NCBI GenBank assembly: GCA_963798975.1
Contig: CAWCVU010000013.1
Location: 232-64,231, forward strand
Reading direction: 5' to 3'
From: an uncultured Gammaproteobacteria bacterium
GTDB lineage: Bacteria > Pseudomonadota > Gammaproteobacteria > JABCZS01
DNA length: 64,000 bases
Below, one piece after another: positions 1 through 8,509 of this stretch (the first letter of the stretch is position 1; each line of letters begins with the position of its first letter). A model generated the notes under the pieces. That model was not told the DNA's origin, did no database searches, and saw nothing but the letters and a program-made list of their open reading frames with translations. Position numbers and translations under genes: made by a program.

Positions 1-40
1 GCGCTTTAGCGCCTAACCCTGGGTTAAACCTTAAACATTA

Positions 41-1992
41 CTCCGATTTTGGGGACCTGATTGTGGATTATTACCACCACCACCGCGACGTGGGGAAATA
101 ACGATCATTGGCTATTACGTCTGGGATTATGAGTTTAGTATGTTCGCGATCTCCTGTAGCTGTTGGCGTTGATGTGCCGTGAGCTCTGGGGGACGATTTC
201 GATTATTCATATTGCGACGATGATGGTGATGACCTCTGCGATGAGAGTGGTATTTTTTATCTTTATCTTTGCTGTTACCAAATAAAGCATTCCATAGTTT
301 CTTCCACCAACTTACTTTTGCAGCGGGTTTTGAAGGTTCAATACCCATACTGGCCGGACGGGTTGGGGTAATGGCCATATGATCGATGGCTGCTGCAACC
401 GGTACCGGTGCAGACAGTGCCGTTTCTACTTCTGCTTCTTTTTCTTTTAACAGTAGTCATTATATCCAGTTGATAACTGGTGTGCGCTTGTGTGCTCACA
501 TCATCTTTTGCGATACGACGAATTTCATAATTGGGACGATTGATTTCACGATTAGGCAAAATATATAGTTTTAACACCGTGAGAAGTTCAATATGGGTTA
601 GGCTATTGCGCTTTTCATTGGTTAAGAAAGTTCGCAACTTCAATCGGAACAATAGTATGAATTTCCGAAGTATTTTCTTTCATCGCATCTTCTTCAATGA
701 GACGAATAATCGATAAAGCCAAGATTCAATGCTGCGAATTGTGTCCTTGACCTTCACAGCGTGGGCAAACTTCTTGTATGGCTTCACCTAGCGAAGGACG
801 CAAGCGTTGACGTGACATTTCTAATAAACCAAAGCGAGAAATGCGACCAATTTGAACACGTGCACGATCCATATTCTAGTGCTTCGCGTAAGCGATCTTC
901 CACTTCACGTTGATTGCGAATAGGGGTCATATCGATAAAATCAATGACGATCAAGCCGCCAATATCACGTAAGCGCAATTGTCTGGCAATTTCATCTGCT
1001 GCTTCAAGATTAGTATTAAGCGCAGTTTCTTCAATATCACCGCCTTTGGTTGAGCGTAGCGGAGTTAATATCAATAGAAACCAAAGCTTCGGTATGATCA
1101 ATGACTGATAGAACCACCAGAAGGCAGGGCCACTTCACGTTGAAAGGCAGATTCAATTTGGCTTTCAATTTGAAAGCGGCGTAAATAGCGGCATTGCATC
1201 TTTATAAAATTTAACTCGATTAACAAAATCAGGACGTAATAGTTCAATATATTGGCAGGCTTTTCATAATACGCATTTTGATCATCAATGAAAATTTCAT
1301 CTATATCTTTACGTAAATAATCGCGTATCGCGCGTGATAATCACATCGCCTTCTTGATGAATTAAAACAGGTGCAGGCGATTCACTGAAACAGCGTTTGA
1401 ATGGCTTGCCAAAGATTGAGCAAGACTTCTAAATCCCATTGTAATTCTTCTGTGAGCGACCTACCACCTGCGGTGCGAACGATCAATGCCCATGCCTTCT
1501 GGCAACTTGCAGTGATTAAGTACTGCACGTAATTCGTTCACGATCTTCGCCTTCAATTCGGCGTGAAATACCACCAGCATCTGGATTATTAGGCATTAAT
1601 ACTAAATAACATCCTGCTAGAGTTATATAAGTAGTCAGTGCAGCGCCTTTATTGCCACGTTCTTCTTTATCCACTTGAACAAGTAATTCTTGGCCTTCAT
1701 GTAACACATCGGTAATGTGTACTTTATGCGGTGCAGTTTCACCTTCAACAGGTTTGGGGAAGAACTGTGGGGCAATTTCTTTTAGTGGTAAGAAACCATG
1801 GCGCTCAGAGCCATAATTCACAAAAGCAGCTTCAAGGCTGGGTTCAATCCGGGTAATGCGGCCTAAATAAACATTCGATTTTTTTTGTTCACGGCCTTTG
1901 CTTTCTAAATCTAAATCTAATAACTTCTGACCATCGACTATCGCAACCCGCAACTCTTCGAGCTGCGTTGCATTAATTAACATTCTCTTCAT
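41..1992 (-). pseudogene. rne: Ribonuclease E, reading frame broken by many single-base indels (pseudogene or sequence errors)
   Basis: ORF 1516..1992(-) is a canonical RNase E N-terminus ([10 protein letters not shown]..., [38 protein letters not shown]). Downstream, the conserved RNase E peptide path can only be read by hopping between all three minus-strand frames. The path is [14 protein letters not shown] / LIVRTAG..LQWDLEVLLNLWQAIQ / SESPAPVLIHQEGDVII / RAIRDYLRKDIDEIFIDDQNAYYEK / ACQYIELLRPDFVNRVKFYKDAMPLFT / [24 protein letters not shown] / [16 protein letters not shown] / [61 protein letters not shown] / [42 protein letters not shown] / IRSIESLALSIIRLIEEDAMKENT / FLTNEKRNS. An Arg/His-rich tail continues to about nt 41. 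Confidence 0.8.
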
Positions 1993-2343
1993 CGTGCAAC
2001 CTTATTATTTTTAACGGTAAGGTTACCGAACGCATCATTTAGGCTAGAATTGAATCACACGTTGTTTGTGCGCACTTTTTCATGCCAATCCTCATTTAAA
2101 TTGGCCTTTATGATTATCGGAAACCTTTGTTTACATTCCTGGTATATATACCAGCCTTAACATGTCGGCATTGGATATTTAGTGTGTTAGCTATATAAAA
2201 TAAAATCCAAGCAGAATAACTTAATATGTTTCGCCTAGCATAGCATTTCTTATTAGGCTCAGCAATGGTGTTTTTATTTAAACAGTTGTCTCGAAGACCA
2301 ACAAATGTTATAAAGGTGGCTTATAAGCAGCAAGGAGTAAGTG

Positions 2344-2718
2344 ATGAAAACGCATATCATCGGTAATAAGACGAATGCAATAGCGATAGTCAATGTTGAG
2401 TCTAAAGACACTTTTATTGAAGTGCAAGAAGCTTTGCGAGCACTACGCAAGGTGGGTAGGACTCAAATTATCCTAAATTTATCCGCTTTAGATGCGTCAG
2501 ATTGGGAAAACTATGAAGAAGAACAAAGAGCTATAAACTTAAATAGTATAAGTAAACTGAGCGCCGATAAAATAATTCTACCCGTTTTACCTCCAAAACT
2601 GACTGATGCATTTGGCCAGACACCTGTCTTTGTAAACAAGTTTGTGGTTAAAGATCAAGAGAAAACAGCGCCTCTAGACCATCACCCCAATAGTTTTGTC
2701 CCTGTTAAAAAGCAATAG
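2344..2718 (+). CDS. Hypothetical protein (124 aa), no recognisable motif
   Basis: Intact ORF with a strong RBS (AAGGAG at 2332-2337, 6 nt before the ATG at 2344). It lies between the divergent rne and rluC genes. Confidence 0.6.
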   Translation: MKTHIIGNKTNAIAIVNVESKDTFIEVQEALRALRKVGRTQIILNLSALDASDWENYEEEQRAINLNSISKLSADKIILPVLPPKLTDAFGQTPVFVNKFVVKDQEKTAPLDHHPNSFVPVKKQ

Positions 2719-2745
2719 GTTGGCATTTCATGGTATGATAGCGCC

Positions 2746-3669
2746 ATGGAAAAAGTTACAGTTGAAATGCGGGAAATTACCGAACAAGAAGCCGGACAGC
2801 GGATTGATAATTATCTGCTGCGTATTTTAAAAGGCGTGCCCAGAACGCGTATATATCGTGCCGTGCGTAGCGGTGAGGTGAGAATTAATAAAAAGCGGGC
2901 GGATGCGAGCGATCGTATTCAAGCGGGTGATATTGTGCGCATTCCGCCAATACGTACGGCAGCACGTCCTATTGTTAAACTAGAACCTCATTTAAGCCAA
3001 GTGTTAAAAGATCGTATTATTTATGAAGACGATACCCTTATAGTATTGGATAAACCTTCGGGTTTAGCCGTCCATGGCGGCAGTGGTTTAACCTTGGGCG
3101 TGATTGAAGCGCTGCGCTTAATGTATCCTAAAGCGCAATTAGAATTAGTTCATCGTTTAGATAGGGATACTTCAGGTTGTTTAATGGTTGCGAAAAAGCG
3201 TAGTCAATTGTTATTTTTACATGAAGCCTTACGCGAAGGTCGAGTAGCTAAAAAATACATTACCTTATTAATCGGTCGCTGGCCAGCCTCGCAGACTGAA
3301 GTCGATTTACCTTTGCAAAAAAATATTTTAAGCTCGGGCGAGCGCATGGTTAAAGTTAGCGCAGAAGGCAAAGCTTCTAAAACCCTATTTCATTTAATAA
3401 AACATATCGGAACCATGAGTTTGATGGAAGTGACCTTAATGACAGGACGCACCCATCAAATTCGCGCGCATGCGGCGTATAAAGGTCATCCCGTTGCCGG
3501 CGATGAAAAATACGGTGATAAAATAGCCAATCAAGTCTTACGCGCAAAAGGTTTAAGGCGATTATTCTTACATGCCGCAGAATTAGTCATTCCAACGCCT
3601 GAGGGTAGTACCATTACCGTGAAAGCGGATTTAGATGAGAAATTATTAAAATTTCTAGATCATATTTAA
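2746..3669 (+). CDS. rluC: 23S rRNA pseudouridine synthase, RluC/RluA family
   Basis: N-terminal S4-like region (RIDNYLLRILKGVPRTRIYRAVRSGEVRINKKR) and catalytic motif HRLDRDTSGCLMVAKK. Divergent from rne, as in E. coli. Confidence 0.9.
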   Translation: MEKVTVEMREITEQEAGQRIDNYLLRILKGVPRTRIYRAVRSGEVRINKKRADASDRIQAGDIVRIPPIRTAARPIVKLEPHLSQVLKDRIIYEDDTLIVLDKPSGLAVHGGSGLTLGVIEALRLMYPKAQLELVHRLDRDTSGCLMVAKKRSQLLFLHEALREGRVAKKYITLLIGRWPASQTEVDLPLQKNILSSGERMVKVSAEGKASKTLFHLIKHIGTMSLMEVTLMTGRTHQIRAHAAYKGHPVAGDEKYGDKIANQVLRAKGLRRLFLHAAELVIPTPEGSTITVKADLDEKLLKFLDHI

Positions 3670-3727
3670 TATAAATTGCAGTCATAGGCCACAGGCCTTA
3701 TATTGCGCGTTTATTTGGACTAATAAT

Positions 3728-4210
3728 ATGGCACTTAAAACATTACCTTTTAAACTATTAATTTTCGATTGGGAAGGTACTCTGGCTGACCCGAGTCATG
3801 TGTATCCTACCCAATTATTCCCTAACACCTTATCGGTGTTAAATGCGCTGCATAAGGAGGGTTATTTGTTGGCTATTGCCACTGCTAAATCTAAAGAAGG
3901 TTTAGCTGCCGATCTGGTCCATATGGGACTTAAAGAGATCATTAGCGCGACTTGTACCGCACAAGAAAGTGAACCTAAACCTCATCCGGCCATGTTATTT
4001 AATATCTTGGACAAGTTGGCAATCAGCCCACAAACTGCTTTAATGATAGGGGATACGATTTACGATCTATCGATGGCGCAGCAAGCCAACATGTCTGCAT
4101 TGGCAGTAACTTATGGTGTGCAAACACGAGAAGAATTGCTAGAATACAAGCCGCTTGCCTTCATCGACACGATCACAGAATTACCAGTTTGGCTAACTCA
4201 CAGGAAATAA
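3728..4210 (+). CDS. HAD-superfamily hydrolase, short (160 aa), phosphoglycolate-phosphatase-like
   Basis: Motif I is LLIFDWEGTL (the second Asp is replaced by Glu), motif II is AIATAKS, and KPHP and the motif IV GDTIYD are present. The spacing between motifs I and II is too short for a normal cap domain. Confidence 0.75.
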   Translation: MALKTLPFKLLIFDWEGTLADPSHVYPTQLFPNTLSVLNALHKEGYLLAIATAKSKEGLAADLVHMGLKEIISATCTAQESEPKPHPAMLFNILDKLAISPQTALMIGDTIYDLSMAQQANMSALAVTYGVQTREELLEYKPLAFIDTITELPVWLTHRK

Positions 4211-4212
4211 TC

Positions 4213-5151
4213 ATGCAAGATTCTACACAAAATACGCTTTGGGAACGTGAAGTATTAGAAAAGACCTTAATGGCCAGCGTTACGGAACAACGTCGCGCCA
4301 GACGTTGGGGTATCTTTTTTAAATTGATATTTTTAACGCTGTTTTTATTAATTTTATTTGCATCTTGCTCTGATAGTGTCTCACACAAACCTTTAAAATC
4401 GCACACAGCTGTGATTAATGTGGATGGTTTAATTGATTCAGAAATCAATAATGCGGAATTAATCACTGAGGGTCTACGCGCAGCATTTGAAGAAAAACAA
4501 GCGCAAGGGATTATTTTAAAGTTAAACAGTCCTGGCGGTAGCCCCGTACAATCTAATGAAGTGTTTGATGAAATTATGCGCCTTCGTGCCTTGCATCCCG
4601 ATAAAAAAGTATATGCAGTCATGGAAGATATCTGTGCGTCTGGTTGTTATTATATGGCGGTTGGGGCCCATAAAATTTATGCCAATCAAGCCAGTTTAGT
4701 CGGATCCATCGGTGTTTTATTTGATGGCTTTGGCTTTGTAGATACTTTAAATAAATTAGGTGTGCAACGTCGTTTATTAACTGCTGGCAAAAATAAAGGT
4801 TTTATGGACCCCTTTTCACCCAGTACACCTGAAATGGAAGCCTTTGTGCAAGACATGTTGAATGATATTCATCAGCAATTTATTACCGCAGTTGAACAAG
4901 GTCGTGGCGATCGTTTAGTGAAAAATGATCTCACGTTCAGTGGTTTAGCATGGACAGGTCATCAAGCACTAGAACTGGGTTTGGTTGATGGTTTAGGCAG
5001 TGCTGCTTATGTGGCGCGCGAAGTCATCGGTGCAGAAACCTTAATTGATTACACCGCCAAACCCAATTGGTTAGAACGCTTCAGTCAGCAGATGGGTGCA
5101 AGTTTTGCTCACGCCTTACGTTCTGAAGTTTATACGCAACATCTGCTTTAA
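4213..5151 (+). CDS. Signal peptide peptidase SppA (36K type) / S49 family peptidase
   Basis: N-terminal TM segment, then S49 motifs (LKLNSPGGSPVQS, CASGCYYMAVGA, SLVGSIGV). RBS AGGAAA precedes the ATG at 4213. The ORF-track start at 4189 overlaps the HAD gene. Confidence 0.85.
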   Translation: MQDSTQNTLWEREVLEKTLMASVTEQRRARRWGIFFKLIFLTLFLLILFASCSDSVSHKPLKSHTAVINVDGLIDSEINNAELITEGLRAAFEEKQAQGIILKLNSPGGSPVQSNEVFDEIMRLRALHPDKKVYAVMEDICASGCYYMAVGAHKIYANQASLVGSIGVLFDGFGFVDTLNKLGVQRRLLTAGKNKGFMDPFSPSTPEMEAFVQDMLNDIHQQFITAVEQGRGDRLVKNDLTFSGLAWTGHQALELGLVDGLGSAAYVAREVIGAETLIDYTAKPNWLERFSQQMGASFAHALRSEVYTQHLL

Positions 5152-5162
5152 GAGGTAGTACT

Positions 5163-6320
5163 TTGACACAAAAATCTTCCTGGATCACAGGCTTTTCGCT
5201 ATTTGCTATGTTTTTTGGTGCTGGGAATGTGATATTCCCGCTACTGGTTGGGCAATATGCAGGGCAGCATTTTTTCTTAGCCATGTTAGGATTATTGGTC
5301 ACAGCCGTTGCCGTGCCTGTTTTATGTTTACTGAGCATGGTGATGTTTAATGCCGATTACCGGACATTTTTTGGCCGTGTAGGCCGTTGGCCCGGTTGGT
5401 CCTTGATCATCTTAAGTCTATTATTATTAGGGCCGTTTTTTGCACTGCCGCGGGTCATTACTGTAGCCCACGGCGCATTAACTTATCATGTATTGGATAT
5501 TTCTCTGCCGTGGTTTGCATTTATCTTTTGTTTACTCACTTTATTTTTTACTTTAAAAAATACTATTTTCACTCATGTACTGGGCTATATATTAACACCT
5601 TTACTATTAATATTTTGTATCGCCTTAGTTGGATTTGGTCTGGCCACGCCGCCGATAGCTGACAATATTCAAGACGAAGAAAAGCGGTTTCTAATTTATG
5701 GCCTGATAGAAGGTTATTTTACCCTCGATGCTGTAGCTGCCTTATTTTTTGCTGGTATTTTAATCAAAAGTGTTAAAGGCCTATTAGCTAAACACGAACA
5801 TAATCAACATCAAGTATTTAAAGCCGTATTGGGCGCCAGTGCCATCGGTGGGGGATTATTAGCGCTCGTTTATCTAGGTTTAGGTTATGTATCCGCTAAG
5901 CATGGACAATTTTTATACCAAGGCAATGTAGATGCCTCGCAAATTTTAACAGCGCTATCTTATCATGTCTTCCCCGGGGGTGATGCCCTGTCTGCCGGTT
6001 TAGTATTTTTAGCTTGCCTAACAACTGCATTAGCATTAGCTGCATTATTTGCAGATTTTTTACAAGAAGAATTACATGCCAGAAAAATAAATATAAATTA
6101 TGCATACCCCTTAGGTATTACCCTATTAATCGCTTTTTTAATGAGCACCCTAGGTTTTACCGGCTTAATGAGTTGGATAGGCCCAGTAATCGTATTTTGC
6201 TACCCCTTATTTATCGTCTTAAGCATATGCAACTTAGCCAATAAATTATGGCATTGGCAATGGGTTAAAATACCCATGCTAATCACCTTAGGTTTGATGT
6301 TGTGGTTTAGTGTGGTTTAA
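5163..6320 (+). CDS. brnQ: Branched-chain amino acid transport system II carrier (LIVCS family)
   Basis: N-terminus TGFSLFAMFFGAGNVIFPLLVGQ is typical of BrnQ. Polytopic membrane protein with a TTG start. Confidence 0.85.
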   Translation: MTQKSSWITGFSLFAMFFGAGNVIFPLLVGQYAGQHFFLAMLGLLVTAVAVPVLCLLSMVMFNADYRTFFGRVGRWPGWSLIILSLLLLGPFFALPRVITVAHGALTYHVLDISLPWFAFIFCLLTLFFTLKNTIFTHVLGYILTPLLLIFCIALVGFGLATPPIADNIQDEEKRFLIYGLIEGYFTLDAVAALFFAGILIKSVKGLLAKHEHNQHQVFKAVLGASAIGGGLLALVYLGLGYVSAKHGQFLYQGNVDASQILTALSYHVFPGGDALSAGLVFLACLTTALALAALFADFLQEELHARKININYAYPLGITLLIAFLMSTLGFTGLMSWIGPVIVFCYPLFIVLSICNLANKLWHWQWVKIPMLITLGLMLWFSVV

Positions 6321-6379
6321 AAATAAAGCTCCGGCTCAATATTGCATATTACATCGAGCCTATTTATCAGGAGTGTATT

Positions 6380-8260
6380 ATGGGGAAGTCAATTCAATCA
6401 CTTCTAGCCTACGCTTCAGTTGCAGAACTTATTAAAGAGCTAGCTGATAATTTTAATGAATATGATTTTGAAAATACAGACAAGAGCATTACAGTTGAAT
6501 CTAAAAATCCTTTAATTAAGCATTTTATTGATCTTTTGATCCCCTATTTGACAAACAAAATATCTGAAGGGTTGGAAGCTCAACCTTTTTCTCCGCGTTT
6601 CATTAATGTAAATGATCTGTGGCATGGAAATAATAAATCAGCCCCAGCGGAGCTTACTCAATTTTATGAGTTATTGCGTGATTATTTTACCAATAGCAGC
6701 TTTAGCGCTCAGTTAATTGATAATAAAAAATTAATGCATCCCGATATATTAGAAATCTTTCAAGAATTTCTTGTTGTAGAAATGTTTCACAATATGAAAG
6801 GAAATGATTTTTTAAAGATGCTGGATCGTGTAGATCAAATGTCGAATGAACTTAAGTCATTGCTAGACACCCAGCATTTATCAAAAATTCTCCAAGATAA
6901 CATTACAATTCTTTTAACTGGTTTTTTTTCAAAATTACATGGATTTGTCAAAGAAGGTGGTTTAACTTACTTTATTAAAATATTTAATCAAACAAAACCT
7001 TTGCACAAAGTTGATTATGACCTTCGTTTAAAATATATACGAGAAAAAATCTTTAGAGTTTGTTTAACGCAACTGCTTTTATTAATAAAAAACTTACAAG
7101 ATTTAGTAGATGTTTTAAATATTTTAGAGAATAATGAAGCGCAACAGCTCTTTGACGCTATTCCAGCAGAACAGTATATTGACTGGCTACAAACGGTCGA
7201 TCCATTAATTTGGGTTTCAGAAAAATTAAGCATGCTCGATGAACGCCTAATGCAATTGTGTAACGCTATTCCCAAAACACATTATGCATCATTATTTTCA
7301 TCAATCGAACAATTTATAAAATACTTTAGTGTATTAAACGCTTTGTTACAACAGTGGTGGTTGAAAGCGCTTATACAGAATGATGGTGCATTTTGTGATA
7401 AGTTATGTTCTACTATTGAACAGTCTAGTCTCATTCTGGAAGTTATAAAAAACAGGTCTGATAAAATTTACTTTATAAGCACTATTTCAGCAGCACACCT
7501 TGTTTTGTTAGCATCCACTAGACAAAAATTTATAAAAATCCTCGCGGTATTAACTCATCAGGAAGCATTTGCTACAAGGAATGAACTTTTGACTTTAATT
7601 CCACAAGAGACTTACACGGCCTTTATACAAACGATAGATGATCTCACAACAGTCTGTCATGTACAATCTGGCTCGGCACTGAGGCAACAGGTGCTGTCTG
7701 TAATTTCCAAGGAACATTATAATCGTTTACTCCCACAAACTATTACAGCATTTTTGAATGAGACTGAAGAAAACAAGAAGATGATTCTACTTTTTATATT
7801 GTCACCGCAGTGGTGCATAATGACTACTTCCCTGCATGAGTATTATAAATTTTGTGACTATCTTGTGCAGGCGAGGCAGGGATACTTGGAAACCGATTAC
7901 AAACTATTTATGCAACCTATCTTAAAAAAATACTCTGCAATTAGCGCATGCTATACTTCATCAAATAATTCATGGAGCAAGGCGTTCACAAAAGGCGATG
8001 TTGATTCTCAAGCCATTTGGGATTTAGCAAAATGTGAAGATAATGTAAATTCTATTATAACCGCAATTCAATTGAAGTATAAAAAATCTTCGTCATCATC
8101 AGCTACAGAAAAAACTGATCATCTGATTGGTTGGTCAGCTGCGCAATTGACCCTTAGTTTTAATGCTGTAAAATATGACGAAGTAACGCCTTTGGTGGAA
8201 CTGGATGAAAATAATTTAAGCGCACAAGCCAAAAACTTGGTGCGTAGTTTGGGATTATAA
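6380..8260 (+). CDS. Orphan 626-aa protein with four copies of an IP-x-E-x-Y helical repeat; effector-like
   Basis: Long intact ORF with no enzymatic motif I recognise. Internal repeats: AIPAEQYIDWLQTV, AIPKTHYASLFSSI, LIPQETYTAFIQTI, VISKEHYNRLLPQT. Confidence 0.7.
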   Translation: MGKSIQSLLAYASVAELIKELADNFNEYDFENTDKSITVESKNPLIKHFIDLLIPYLTNKISEGLEAQPFSPRFINVNDLWHGNNKSAPAELTQFYELLRDYFTNSSFSAQLIDNKKLMHPDILEIFQEFLVVEMFHNMKGNDFLKMLDRVDQMSNELKSLLDTQHLSKILQDNITILLTGFFSKLHGFVKEGGLTYFIKIFNQTKPLHKVDYDLRLKYIREKIFRVCLTQLLLLIKNLQDLVDVLNILENNEAQQLFDAIPAEQYIDWLQTVDPLIWVSEKLSMLDERLMQLCNAIPKTHYASLFSSIEQFIKYFSVLNALLQQWWLKALIQNDGAFCDKLCSTIEQSSLILEVIKNRSDKIYFISTISAAHLVLLASTRQKFIKILAVLTHQEAFATRNELLTLIPQETYTAFIQTIDDLTTVCHVQSGSALRQQVLSVISKEHYNRLLPQTITAFLNETEENKKMILLFILSPQWCIMTTSLHEYYKFCDYLVQARQGYLETDYKLFMQPILKKYSAISACYTSSNNSWSKAFTKGDVDSQAIWDLAKCEDNVNSIITAIQLKYKKSSSSSATEKTDHLIGWSAAQLTLSFNAVKYDEVTPLVELDENNLSAQAKNLVRSLGL

Positions 8261-8509
8261 TTTAATATAAATGAAAAAATATTTCTTAGCACTATGACTC
8301 TTATCGGAATTGTTTTTTATAATTATTTAAGTTTTGTCTCGTAGAATATTTTTTAACTACCGGCTGAGGCGCGATAGGTGGTTTAAATTTATTTAAGTTT
8401 AAGGCCTCGCATTATACCGTGAAAGTGCTCATCTTGTTGAATTTAATCGTAATACTTGGATATTATGTATTGAGTTGACATAAGTTTGTTGCTTTGTTAA
8501 GCTGGCTTA

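Noticed and set aside
4173-4622. Antisense ORFs inside well-supported genes. Examples are 4173..4622(-), 45856..46311(-), 62589..63035(+), 19864..20214(+), 24918..25247(+), 29324..29680(-) and 12762..13019(-).
   Set aside because: Each is fully embedded in or opposite to a gene with strong family motifs. None has a recognisable motif or RBS. They are treated as chance ORFs.
6380-6400. The N-terminal MGKSIQS of the 626-aa orphan, considered as a eukaryotic N-myristoylation signal.
   Set aside because: Lys directly after Gly and Gln at the fifth position violate the usual G-{EDRKHPFYW}-x-x-[STAGCN] pattern. None of the orphan ORFs ends in a CaaX box either.
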